A DNA stretch of 64,000 nucleotides, taken from Saccostrea cucullata. Taxonomy: Eukaryota. The position numbers were made by a program, and so were the translations under genes. The notes under the pieces were generated by a model, which worked only from the letters and a program-made list of their open reading frames with translations, had not been told where the DNA came from and searched no databases. Within the stretch, counting starts at the first letter, position 1. Every line of letters begins with the position of its first letter. The stretch spans positions 186,001 through 250,000 of the forward strand of contig NW_026934326.1 of the NCBI RefSeq assembly GCF_032062105.1, in the 5' to 3' direction. Below, one piece after another: positions 11,801 to 27,384 of the stretch.

Positions 11801-14800
11801 AGGTCATGTCAGGTAATTAGAAACCAGATGCACCACCAATTCAAAGCTCCTGTCAATAAGTTTTGTCAACCAGTTTTCTTTTAAAGTTCATGTCCTATAT
11901 TGTCAAGAAATTAACAACCATTTGCTCTAGTGTGTTTCATTGTAGCAGTCAAAGTTTCAGATGCCACAAATTCTGCAAAGGAATGTCAAGTAAGGTTTTT
12001 GGAGCAGGTTAACATTTTTGTGCCAGAAATTCTGTGCTGTTATCAAGTTTTTATCACTAAATGCACGACAAATTCTAAGGTCATGTCAGGTAATTATCAC
12101 TGTAAATTCTAAGGTCATTTCAAGTTCTTGGCAACTAAATGCACTACAAATTCTGAAGATTTGTGTCAAGTAATTATCAATCATGCACTTCAGAAATCCT
12201 GGGATTATGTTAGTAAAAAATGTATCAAACATAATCCTATGGGTTGTGTCAGGAATGCAAATCAATAACTGTAGAGGTTGCATTTTGTAAATGAACAACA
12301 ATATCTTAATGTTTATTCATAGAACTAAATTGTGATTGTCTTTCTTGATTTCAGCATGCCTTTCAGAGTGGATTGTTGAAGGTAAATACTGTTAATTGGA
12401 AAAAAAAATGAGCTAGCTTTTCAACATTTCATAATCAAAGAAGTTTGAAGATAATATCCTCTTATGAAGCTTTTTAAAGAAAAGAAATAGAACTCATACA
12501 GGATTAACTGATTCTGTGTAGAATGTGCTGTGTTTGAATCTGACCTATTTTTCCGGTTGAGTGAACAGGTTAAAGTTTTTGGGACAGGTTTCATTTGTAG
12601 TAATTCTATTTTTCCTATGTAGACCAAACTTGCATGGATGATACACTAAGGATGCACACTACCAGGCTTGCTATCTGTGATGAATCTGACCTATATTTTC
12701 CAGTTGAGTGAACAGGTTGAAATTTGCGGTGCAGGTTTCATTTCCAAGTAACTATAAGCCATATGTTGACCAAACTTGCATGGATGATATGTCTTAGAAT
12801 GCCTACCAGGCTTGTCCCAGATGCTGACTTTACCTATTCATTCATGAACAATTAAAGTGTTTTGGCTCTCTAATATTCCAAGATACTATGAGCACTATAA
12901 TGACCAAACTTGCAGGTTTGATACATCTTAGGATGCATCACCATGGTTGCTTCAAATGCTGAATCTGACCTACATTTTCGTCCGTCCGAACAAGTCTTTT
13001 TAGGTGTAACGTTTTCATTTCCACAGATACCTTGAGAACCCTTTGAGCTTTTGCAATGAAATTTAGCATAGGAACTCCCTGTGGATGCTGAATCTGACCC
13101 CTATTGATTTTGAGTCAACAGGTCAAAGGTCAAGGTCATAAATAACTAAATTCTGTATGTTGACCAAACTTGCATGGACAATACATCAGGATGCACACTA
13201 ATGAACCATTTGAGCTATTGCAATGAAATTTTATATAACAACTCCCTGTGGCCTAAAAGTTATTGATTTTGAGGTCAAAAAATATAAGCTTATATAACAT
13301 TGTATAAACCAAACTGTGCACAAATGATGCATCAAGGGATGAATACTTTCAAGAAATTTGCTTATGCAATGGATTTTAATACATTTTCAAAACTAGTTTG
13401 AAGTTTTTATCCTATTCCAAAGTATCGGATCAAAATTGCATAAATATTTTCTTTGGGATGTAGTGCCCCGCCCCGTTTTTTTATTAGTATGATAGTATTG
13501 TGTGCTATTTTTAGCCAGGGGCATGAGGAGAGTTATTGCGTATACAACAGGTTCGTTGAGGCGGACTTTATCTCTTATTACATGTATTAAGAACTGTTTA
13601 ACAAAGGCTAAATAAATCAAACACCATTATTGTGCACCACAAATTCTGAGATATACCGTAACAGAAAATATGAATATATACATGTATGTGACTTCATGGT
13701 CCTGTCAAAAAATTGTCATAATAATAACTACAAATTCTTTGGTCATGTCAAGTGATTTTCAACCATATGCACTATAAATTCTGGGCTCATGTCAAGTAAT
13801 TGTCAACCAAATCACTATAAGTTCTGGGCTTGTGTCAAGTATAAAGTCATGTCAAGTAATTTTCAATCATATGCATCACAAATGATAGTATTCAGCATGT
13901 GAAATTAAAAATTGTAAGGTTAAAAATACATGTATGTGGGGTCATGATAAAAATTCCATATAAAAAAAGTGTTACAAATCCTGAAGAATGTGCAGGTAAA
14001 TCTTTATATGCATAACTGTGGACAGTACATGCATTTTGCCAGTAACATGTATACATTTACATTATTCATAGAACTAAATTGTTTGTTTTTTTTTGATTCC
14101 AGCATGCCTTTCAGAGTGGATTGTTGAAGGTAAATACATGTACTGCTAATTGGAAAAAATGAATGAGCCATTTCAACATTTCATAAAAAAATAATGTTAC
14201 AATGGAATATACAATGTATCAATTTGATGTTTCATATTGCACACTAAAATGTGTATATATACACATAACTAAGAAACATGAAAGCAACTTGCAATTATAT
14301 TTCTCTTTTAAATTTTGTAAGTAAATTGTGAAAAGAAATACAGAGAACCATAAAGTATTTTTGTATAGAATTCTCTGTAAAATACTTGTATTTTGTCCCT
14401 AGACTGGACAGTATCTAGTTTTTGCACTGTCAGCCCTCTACACCAGTTAAGGATGAAGTATGAGGAGATTGTCAATACCTCACAGACCTATTTTCCTCAC
14501 TGGACAACAGCTCCAGAACAGTCCCTCAGAAGGTCAAGGCCAAACCTAAATCAACATCCCCAAAACCAGTAAGTGTTGGTGGTGAAGGACATTCGGTAAT
14601 TCTTTAGAAATGTGCCTCATCAAGATTTATGTGTGTGATAATTTATGATGGGAATTCTGTAAAACTTTCTGATTTTTCTGATTCTCTGTCTACAGGTGGC
14701 AGTGCTCCTACAGCAGTTGGCCCCCATTATACAGAGTCTGCTGGCAAACTGGATCAATGACCCAGGAATCATAGAGGTAACAGAACGAAAACTTGTAAAC

Positions 14801-17476
14801 AAAAAAAAAGTCGAGAAGTGTTTTATAATGTAATAAGTGATTCTTTTAGGCTTTAAGGTGGAATGCCACACCAATTTTTTATTTTAAGATTTATGTGTGT
14901 AAACAATGGTTTCAGCATTGAAAGGCCAAATTCTCTTAATTATTTCATATGAATTTTTTTGTATTTTTTCTAAAGGTGAAAAAAATTATTTACATCCAAA
15001 TTAGATGCTTTCATTGTAAAAATTTTGCTGTAATTGAATGCATCACATGAATACCTAATAAAATATGTAAAGAAAGTCTGGAAGACTTTTTAAACAATAA
15101 AAAATTATTTTTATAATAAAACACAGTGTTCTTCCTAGGCTTTAACTGTAGTACTTTTTGTAGGGAGTCTGTGATATGTTTAAACACGCCCTGCGGACAC
15201 TACTGGATGATTTCGCTCTGCTGTCTAAAGACGTAGCAGAGATGTTAGTACAGATGTACCAAGTCAACCCCAGTCCAGCCATCTTGGATTTAGCCAAACA
15301 GGTACTGTTCAATAAGCACAATTTTGATGGCAATATTAAAGTGTATTCTTATAAAGAAGATTAAAAATAAACTACTCTTTGTTAAATTAGAGCTTTCTAA
15401 AATCATTACTGTACCATTGAACACTTTCATTGATTTGATGTTGGCAGCTGATTATCATGCATCATGAAGATCCTCAGTTAAATACAGTGGTTACAGCTCT
15501 GCTGGGGAATATCTGTACAGTAACACTGGAGCTGTTCACTAAAGGTAAGTCATCCTGTGTTAATTTTACTACGACTTGGATAAACTTTTTGTAAACAGAG
15601 GTTCTGCAGCTGATTTGTTTGTTTCCATTACAGGCCCTCAGGACTACACTGATGTGATTGAAGCTTTCATGAATCTCTTATCTCAAGTAAGTTACACACT
15701 GTTACATACTTTCACACATACAAAGTGATGCAAAATCAGGCAGCAAAAACACATTAATACATGTATTCACTCCTGAATATAATACATGAATACTCAATGT
15801 TTTATTTAAAGAATTTTTTTTTCAAAAGTAGTTCTAAAGTGATTGAAATAGTGCTTAAGTGTCATGACTGTCTTTAAAGTAAAGAAGACTTATAAAGTTC
15901 CACACTCTTTCAACATATGAAATCGAACAATCCAGATAATATGTCTAGGCATGTAGCCTATTTTACTGTAAAATTATAGAATGTAAAAAGGAATATTACA
16001 TCTGAGGCCTGTTTAACAGAGCGAGTGCTTGCGAACATTTCTACTGGAGGTACAAATGTTCGCTTTGTTGAACAGGTGTATGCATTCTCTTTATGTGTAG
16101 CCATTGTTTTACTTTGTAGGTTCTGAAGAAAAGTAAAAGTGTACTGACAACAGAACAATGTGTGTTACAAATCTCCAGCCTCTTTCACTCAGGTAAAGCT
16201 TTCTAAAAATAAAGTTTGATCTCCATCTTCGAAAGTAAACTCCTGAAATTTTACAGTCTTACCATCAATGAACACCCAGTATTTGGTTTCAGCTCTCCAG
16301 GCCTTGTCCTTGCCAGAACACCAAACAGTCAAAGCCACCTGCTCATTTCTGGCAAGTCAATTTTTTTTATCATATAAAATTAATTCATATGAACTTGTAT
16401 CCTTTCATCTTCTTACTTAGATCACTGTGTGAGAGGACTGTATCTCAAATGATTTTCATTTAACATTACTGTGATTAGAACTTCAAACTTATGGTATTGA
16501 ATTGTGACAATAAACACTTTTTTGTCTGAATTTTAACAGGGAAAAAATCTTGAACATGAATAGAATATCACTTCTGTACAGCTTTACTTTTACTGATAAC
16601 ATGAATTTCCAAGACATACTGATACATGTATTAATTTGATTGCAGGGAGAATTCTTGTCAGCAGGGGAGACCACTCCTGTTATAAAGGCCCTTGTTCAGG
16701 AGGAAGGAAGTCTTCTACTAGATAAAATACTGAGAGTATGTTATATTGTTCATTGTTCTGCAGATTCAAGTGAATTTTATATTGCACTTTAGATACATGT
16801 GTTAATAATCTCCCGAAGAACTGTAAAGGGAAATGACTACAGATTTTCAATGGCTAGCTATACTACTATGCATGCACATAGCTTTTATCCTTCACAGTAA
16901 ATGTACATATATGTGCTTCTCAAATAATGATAATTCATTTCAATGCTAAATATTTATTAAGTAAACATTGAGCTGCTGCTTCAGGATGATACATGTATAT
17001 ATACATAAACATTTCAGGCTGTTGGTGGCGAAGCTGCTAGGGGGTTGGTTGAAAACCTTTCTGATGTTTTCTTAATGTTGAATAAACATTACCCTGAAAA
17101 CATGCCAGTATGGATGAACCAACTCATGAAGCAGGAGGGATACCCCTCCCCCAAAGTTAACCAAGAGGACAAAGACGCCTTTATCAAGGGTATCCTCAGG
17201 TAAATGAGAATCAGATGACCAAATAAACTTAGCTTCAGTTCTATTTTAACAAAGTACATTTGAAATATGGTTTCCAAGTTAAATCAATGTTTTTAACTGT
17301 TGAGTACTAATTTCCAAAATAAACTCAATGATATCATTGAAAATTATTTTCATTTTGTACCATTTTTTTGAAGGGAGAAAATCAACAAAAGAAAAATACG
17401 AGAAGTATCCAAGGAGTTTTCGCTAAAGTGCCGTGGATTATTTGGAACTGAATATGCTGCAAATACAGGGTTTTAG
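5900..17476 (+). CDS. IPO13: Importin-13, many small exons; one lesioned exon and apparently one missing exon in this sequence
   Basis: ATG 5900 (MTSELSASCVEQ). Spliced peptides match importin-13: AVHQFY..QQWLT..QISPEAWSFCWELL, CTAIPGHFPVDE..FTFWYLLQD, DEKEQFRCYRQDIGDT, LLDDFA, and the C-terminus EKINKRKIREVSKEFSLKCRGLFGTEYA, stop 17474-17476. Confidence 0.93.
6012..6078. mobile_element. 67-bp palindromic micro-element with 9-bp TSD
   Basis: catcgtcgaaacccatgagtgatct...agatcacccatgggtttccgatgatg flanked on both sides by GTACAAAGG (6003-6011, 6079-6087). Confidence 0.7.
8747..9086 (+). repeat. 5 x 68-bp tandem repeat spanning an IPO13 3' splice site
   Basis: Units start at 8747, 8815, 8883, 8951, 9019; each is a pyrimidine tract + ttcag + exon start taatccccctcctacaaagcc (unit 2 lacks the AG). 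Confidence 0.92.
11693..12270 (+). repeat. Degenerate ~47-bp tandem array derived from an IPO13 exon end and 5' splice site
   Basis: Recurring cacaaat(c/t)ct..ggtcatgtca(g/a)gtaatt; a related array recurs at about 13630-14000. Confidence 0.75.
12500..13380. mobile_element. Degenerate HINE-like (Helentron-associated) interspersed repeat in IPO13 intron
   Basis: Repeated gaccaaacttgcatggatgata / gaatctgacctatattt units and the ggtcaaaggtcaaggtca core seen in bivalve repeats. Confidence 0.5.
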
Positions 17477-17916
17477 AGACTGAACAATGAATGTTGTTTT
17501 TAAGGTGTGCAATTCCATCCAAGGCAATTTCAGTGGCCTGCTTCTGTGATAAGCTTATTTTGACTCATTTTTCCCCCATTAAAATATTTACAAACATCAA
17601 TTTGTATTGTTGTATTTGCATAAGGACTAGCTTATCTCTGATTCAAAAGGGTCTGACTAGGATCTTGTTAATTTGAGTCCTGGGTCTCAAGAATTTGTCG
17701 ATGGTTGAGTTCCAGACAATTTTAAAATCACCGAATCCACTATGGAAAAATATTTGCTATAAAATGCTGTATTTTTTGGGGGGAATGCAAAAATACAAGA
17801 TTCTTAGGTGTAGTCACAGTAGAAAACAACTGTTATCAAAGTTTAGTATGCACACAATCAAATACCTGTAAAAGAAATAGGTATAAAGTGTTTCATATCT
17901 TTTAAACTATTTAGTA

Positions 17917-18997
17917 CGAGGGGTTATCAAAAAGTTCATGGACTGAGGCTATAAAATTAGTACTATGTAGTCTGTGCTTTCAAAATTTATTTGGAACATA
18001 AAACAACACAAAATAAAGAAATGTTGAAAATTTTAGCCTGGTATGTTCAATATTTGCCAAATTATCATAAAATGAAAACGACATTATATGATCACCCGGC
18101 GCTGTCGTCGTTTATTTTCATGACGTCCGATAACGTCATTGTTTTTCCATGTCCTCTTCTCCTACCTCATATACTTTTTTGATGAGATTCCCTGGAGCTG
18201 AGTAAGGACTTACACCCACCTTGTTTATATGACTATACAATGTCATGAACAGTGGCTTTCAATGAATTTATAATATTCAAGATAGATTAATATATTGGAA
18301 GAGATCCTTGCATGATTGTACCGGTATATTTTGCTTTTGGGAGTTTTAAAAAAATATATACAACACATGATCAACGTCATTTTTGACGGGATTGATTTTG
18401 CACACATTGACTGCAAATCGACATTAACTGTGTATCCCTTTACTCTCTGAATCTATCTTGACATTAAAAGACAAGTACTCTGGATGCATTTTATTTCTCT
18501 GTAGCCAGTTTCAACATATTTTAGGTCTATACCAGTTTTTTTCAGGAGCAAAACTTTATAGAATGTTGGAAACGGAAACCCCTCCCCCCTTTTGACGTCA
18601 TTTTCAAGGCCTCGTTTGTTTGGACATTCCGTGTAAAATTTACGATAAAATTTCATAGAACTTTCAAAATGAAGTGAAAATTTCATATTTTGTAGAACAA
18701 TTGTGTCCCGACACATAACTGAATTAACAGGTTTTTTTGGATGTCAAATGATCATATCAAAAGAGTTTTTCTCAGTTACACATAGGTCGAAAAAACATCG
18801 TTTTTGAGGTTGCGCCGCCTGGACATACCATTGCTTACAAAAACATTACTGATTTATTTAAAAATAAAATTCATGATTTGTGGTTGATTCTTTGGATAGA
18901 AAAGATGATGCTACCTAGATATTTCAAAATTCATTGGTGTACCTTAAGCGGTTTTAATTTTATGGCGCTAGTCCACGAACTTTTTGATAACCCCTCG
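17917..18997. mobile_element. Non-autonomous Tc1/mariner element
   Basis: TIR CGAGGGGTTATCAAAAAGTTC / GAACTTTTTGATAACCCCTCG with TA on both sides; no transposase ORF. Confidence 0.85.
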
Positions 18998-19447
18998 TAC
19001 ATGTATTATTTACATTCACAATGACTTCAGGACATGTCAGCTTCAATATGTTTTAGACAAATCCTGACATAAAAAATTCCCAATTTCAAAACGCTCATAC
19101 ATGTATTTGTTTTCCTTACAACAAGAGTGAATCCACTAACAGGTCACAGATGCAATTTATAACGAAGTTGTGTTCAACATAATTTTGCAGCATCCACATT
19201 TTGTGTTAACGAGGACTCTTAGAACAAATGTGCAAACATTTCAAAGCAAATTTACCAGTAGTTTTTATTTACGTATTCTGTTGGCATAATAATGCAGTGT
19301 ATGAAGAAGAAACTTTTTTTCCAGTCAATCTTTTAAAAAGTGCATAAATTCCCACAATAATGTAGTTTTTTGCCAATCAGTTCATTTTGAATAACTTAAA
19401 ATGACAATGTATTACAAATACAGTGCTAGTTAATAACAAAATCCTAT

Positions 19448-20188
19448 CTACAGATGAAAGGGAACAAGTTTGATTTTTGCGTTATTGTCTGGATGTCTTG
19501 TTACAATCTGACATCTCAATAAAAGCTCCACATACGGAGGCCAGATACTGTCATCAACATCAATGTAGGGATCATTAGGGTCCTCCATGCATTTATTCAC
19601 TAAATCTTCCAAAATTGATTTAAGAGAGACTAAGTTTTCTTCTGATTTTCTGTCGGAAGATCTCAGCTTTTTACGGGCTTCACTCACAACTTCCTTTGTT
19701 GGCATTGGGAAGTGCTTGTTAATAAATGCCCCCAGACTGCCTCTAAGTTCCTTCCCCTGCTTCTTCGCATTCTTTACTCTGTCTTCCAGTTGTAGCCTGT
19801 AGCTGTCCTTGGGTTCCTTCCTTGTGCTTTGATCCTGGAGCTTGTTGGCTAAAGCTGTCCGGACTTTGCTCAGTTGCTCCTTCACATCTTTCTCTTTTGA
19901 TAAATCTGCCGCTAAGACTTTTCGCTGTGATCGTGTTGCTGACAAGGTCAGTTGAAGCTCCTCTATACTCTTTTCGTATTCCTGGATCAGTGTCCTTATG
20001 TCTACACGCTCACTGATTGGTTTATTTAGACTCGAGTCAGAAGACGTGGCAGCAGTCAGGTACTCGAATTGGGTTTTCTCAATAGTGTTGTCACCATCTT
20101 TGTATGTTTTAGGGTTAACTTCTGATTTGCAGTCACTGAACACATGTTCAAATGTCCTGTATAAATCGTGACCCACCCCATTATCCAT
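19448..20188 (-). CDS. CENPK: Centromere protein K, single coding exon
   Basis: 246-aa ORF with a central coiled coil and C-terminal signature DPYIDVDDSIWPPYVELLLRCQIVTRHPDNNAKIKLVPFH. Confidence 0.88.
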   Translation of the reverse strand: MDNGVGHDLYRTFEHVFSDCKSEVNPKTYKDGDNTIEKTQFEYLTAATSSDSSLNKPISERVDIRTLIQEYEKSIEELQLTLSATRSQRKVLAADLSKEKDVKEQLSKVRTALANKLQDQSTRKEPKDSYRLQLEDRVKNAKKQGKELRGSLGAFINKHFPMPTKEVVSEARKKLRSSDRKSEENLVSLKSILEDLVNKCMEDPNDPYIDVDDSIWPPYVELLLRCQIVTRHPDNNAKIKLVPFHL

Positions 20189-22748
20189 TTCTTCTCTGTC
20201 TTGCAGTTGTACTTGTAGCTCAATATTTACAATTTACCCGCTTAATATGATGGACATCTTGATCCCGACTTTTAATGGTGCGCATTTAGATCCCGGTCTA
20301 TAATTTGTTTATAATATGCATCCTGATCGATTTCTTTGTTGCTTTTTATCAATTTTATGTGAAAAAATAATACTGAATTTAAAAAATATATAGGCTAACT
20401 CGATAAATTTTTCACCTTAAAATTTAATGGAATGTGGGTAAAAGGAGTTTCCAAGAGTAAACCGCTTTGCATGGTACATGTGGTATGAGGCCATATAGTA
20501 TACACAAAAGGGAATCACAATCACATGTATATGAGTGCATTTTGATTAAAATGGTTTTTGGTGGAGATTTAATTATTCGATTCTAAACCCGTGATTATTG
20601 AGAGGAGAAATAGGGACCTTAGTATATTAGATTACTAAAATAAATTTTTGAAGGTATTTAACTATGAATTAGCGATTGAACATTCAATTTGATTTTCTGA
20701 TATCAAATGAGGGAAATGATTTCAAGGTTATTACATTTTTTTCGGAGAAAAGTTAACCTTAAGTTCCTTAGTTTTTCCCTAGATAATAATGTAAAATCGA
20801 ATATGTGAACATGGTGAAATTGGTAACTTTTATTATCAAATAAAGATTTAAGAATTCATACTTCGTACCACGAGTGCTTTATTTCAATAAAATTTTTATT
20901 TTAAAAAAACTGCGAAGTGGCATTCGATTTCGCGTTTTAGAGCCGGCTCGGTAGTTTAGTGGATCATCTTTTACGAAGACTCGTACTTGCATCAGAATCG
21001 ATAGCAAAGAAGTAAGTTGAAAATCGTAAAAAAGCCAGACTCTATCATAAATTAAGTTATGAACATAAGTTTATTAAATAGCGAAAAAAATTTCACAATG
21101 GTATATCCACGGGAAAGTTCATATTCTCATTGAAACGGGGAAAAAACAGGTGATAAATCTTACTTGTGCCCACGTGAATAGACAGCTGTTAGTCCATTCT
21201 TATACGCATAATTAAAAAAGGACCGATCTTTGAGCCACAGTTAAATACTGAGACATAATGAAAGAATGCATTGTTAAGTTAAGAGTTAGATTTGGTCGTA
21301 AATGAAGAAGAAAGTAGGAAACTAGACAGAGAAAATTCGAGCTGTTAAAGAATTGCTTTTGCATATTTGAAATAACTTTTTTTTTATTTCCCAAGATATA
21401 CAAGGATTTTAATGCATCACAATTCACAATGTTTTGGAAAACACTTTAAATGGCTTGTTAATTTTCTTGTAATGGAATGAACATATTCCAGAAATATATG
21501 AGACGTACAATTTTGAAATACAGTCAAGTCTTGTTATCTGAAACTGGAAGGGATTTAGAAAACTCTTCGAGATATCTAAGAATTCGAGATTAGAGGGGAA
21601 AAACTTAGAACTAGTGGTTGGGACCTACAAATTACTTAAACACATTCACTGTGTTTGAGATATCTGTGTTCAAGATTCCGAAGTCAAACTGTTCTATATT
21701 TTTGTATAGTGAATGGGAGGGTCACAATGGTCGATGGGACTATGGCATGAACTGTCAACATTTTTTAATGGGCCATTTTGAAAATGAATTAAGGAATAAC
21801 TGTCTTATTTTTCGATTACACATGATGTGATCAATCGATTGGCTTGCATGATAATAAATGCTGAAAAATTATCATGCAAGCCAATAGATTTATCATTGTC
21901 ATGAAATTGAAAAATCTGACAGTTATTCCTTATATTTACATGCTTTGATTCCACCAATCCACGTGCCCCAAGCCCTGCTTCTGTCTAGCAATTTGTCCCC
22001 CCCTGCACGTGATTTTTTTAATTGTGCCAAAACATTAATGGAGAAATAAAGTACATAAATTACAATTTGTAATTTTATCTCAGACAAAGACATTTGAAAT
22101 GTAAATATTGGGCCATCAATTTAATCTGGTCATTTTAAGAAATGACAAAATGACAATCAAATATAAAATATGGAAGAAAACATGTTTTTAATTAAACAAA
22201 TCTAATTTTTAACATATGCGATGCAGCAAATTTAAAATATTTTTAAGTAACATCGCTAGAAATGTGCACCTTGGTGCCACCACTGATTGATTTAATGCAC
22301 CATTTTTCACTTCAGTGCAACTAGAGCCCATAGCGCAAGCCCTTCCCAATCAATGTATTTATGAATTTTTTTTCCCCTTTTAAAGAAAAGTTAATGAAGG
22401 TATCGATATAGATTTTGAATGACTGAAAGGATATTATCAGAATGGTAATATTTTTTGGGGTTGGGGGGGTTGGGGTGGGGTTAATGATCAGCATCCCAAT
22501 CAGAAGAGTTGGAGAGGTGAGTGCAGATCTTAAACTCTTGGTTAAGGAAGATGATGAAGAACAGTAAAAAATTTGTTATGAATCCTGACATCAAATTTGC
22601 AGCTCGTATTGCTTTAAATCAATTATGTGATTTTTCCTCCCAATTTTTACCTTAAACTGACTAAAACGAATTGATATGTATGATGCTGAATCTCAGTGTT
22701 AAGCCTTTTTAGTCATAACTACATTTTGTTTTTCCAGGTTATACATAG

Positions 22749-25718
<2,970 letters not shown>

Positions 25719-27384
25719 GTGGTGGATCTAACAATAACGGCGTCTAGGGGTGGACAGACTTTGATTATTTATCGGCATTTAGGAGTGAACAGCCTTTGAT
25801 TATTATATGTATCTACAGCAAGTTAACACCAGCTGTTTTCTCTGTCTGAATTGCTGGCGTAAAAAGGGAATTTATATATAGTGTTTGTTTTGTATGTCAG
25901 GGAAAAGACCAAGAAGACTTGTATACTGGTGCTGATATGTTTCAGAATCATTTGTAATGCCAGTTTTAAAATATTTATCTTTAAGTTAGCAATTGAACAT
26001 ATTTCAAAGACCTAAGGCTATTAAACCTTTCTTATTTATCTAAATGAAACTCGAGTTGAAGTATAAATAGTTTTATTTCCTGATTCCTATATATGAACTG
26101 TTGTAAGTGCTTCAAACTATTCCTTAAAAGTACATTTAATCAAAATTTTGTATTTTATTATGTGTAAAAGTTGCTTGTTAACAGGAAAGCATGCAATAGA
26201 ATATAAATTCTGTCCATGACTTCAATCAGGAAATCAATAGAAATATAAGAGAGGTTATTTTTCTTTATAATTGTATAAAGATAAAAAACATACATGTTCA
26301 TCTGAAAATCTAATCTTTGAAAATAAAACATAAATCTGTGTACACTGTTTTGTTTTTCACCATATTTTGATTAAAATTAAATTGTTTCATTAAAAAAAAT
26401 TAGAACTTTTAGTGTGACCAAAGAAATTTTTAGGGGCATCAAATGAAATATTGACCTAGCACTTTACCAATGCCCACAGTTATACAAGTGATTATGTGTT
26501 CAGGATATATGCAGTCTAACAAACAGTAAAAATTTACAGTTCCCACCATCTTCTGTTCTGGGAAAGCTCGGTGAGAACTCCAGATCATGGCTTGATTAAG
26601 CCTAATAAGGTCAGGAGTAAAGTGTTCCTGAAATGATAAATATCAAGGAAGAACGATCATTGTGTGAGAAGATGTACAGTTTTTAATCATGGTTCTGTTA
26701 TATGATTGTTACTTAAAGATTTTATGTAGAAAAATAAAAGAAAGATGTTTTACAAATCTCGAGAATTACTGGACCAGAAAAGATTAACAAGAGCACCACA
26801 AAGCATAGCATCCCCTTACAAAAGAGTGTGTCTTTAATGCAAGGTAGCATTTGACATTGATCCTGATATAAATTATGTCACTTTCGTTATACACGCAAGG
26901 ACAAACTAACCCCCACACACCCACAGACCCAGTGGCCTCACACAAAAAAGCCATTTCCATCACCATTTCCCATCCAAATCCATTGCAAGGGAATAATGTA
27001 AGCTTCATGAGGTAGATGCTGAACTCTAAAATCCATGGCTCCAAGGGGCTATGATGCATGGGGCACCTAAGGGGGCATAAAAGTTTTGCATGGATCTATG
27101 TATATTTTTTTTGGGAGGAAAATCTCGGGGAAAAAACCCCAAAACAGAAGAACCATTGATTTGCTTACATTCCCATATTTTGGATTTTCATTTATGGATC
27201 CATGGTTAGAGTGTTGGATAGACAACTCTTACACAATCTATATATCCAGGAAAATATTTTTTCTTCACCATTTAAATGCAAGGCCATGTCAGCAATATTG
27301 ATCCTTATTTATTCCCTTAGTATGTGGAATCAGAGACCCCGTAAAATCTGTAGGGGCTTGTCTCCTAAACACGTGTGATACATC

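Noticed and set aside
14461-14463. Selenocysteine or read-through TGA in IPO13
   Set aside because: Neighbouring residues fit a compensating indel pair better, and importin-13 is not a known selenoprotein.
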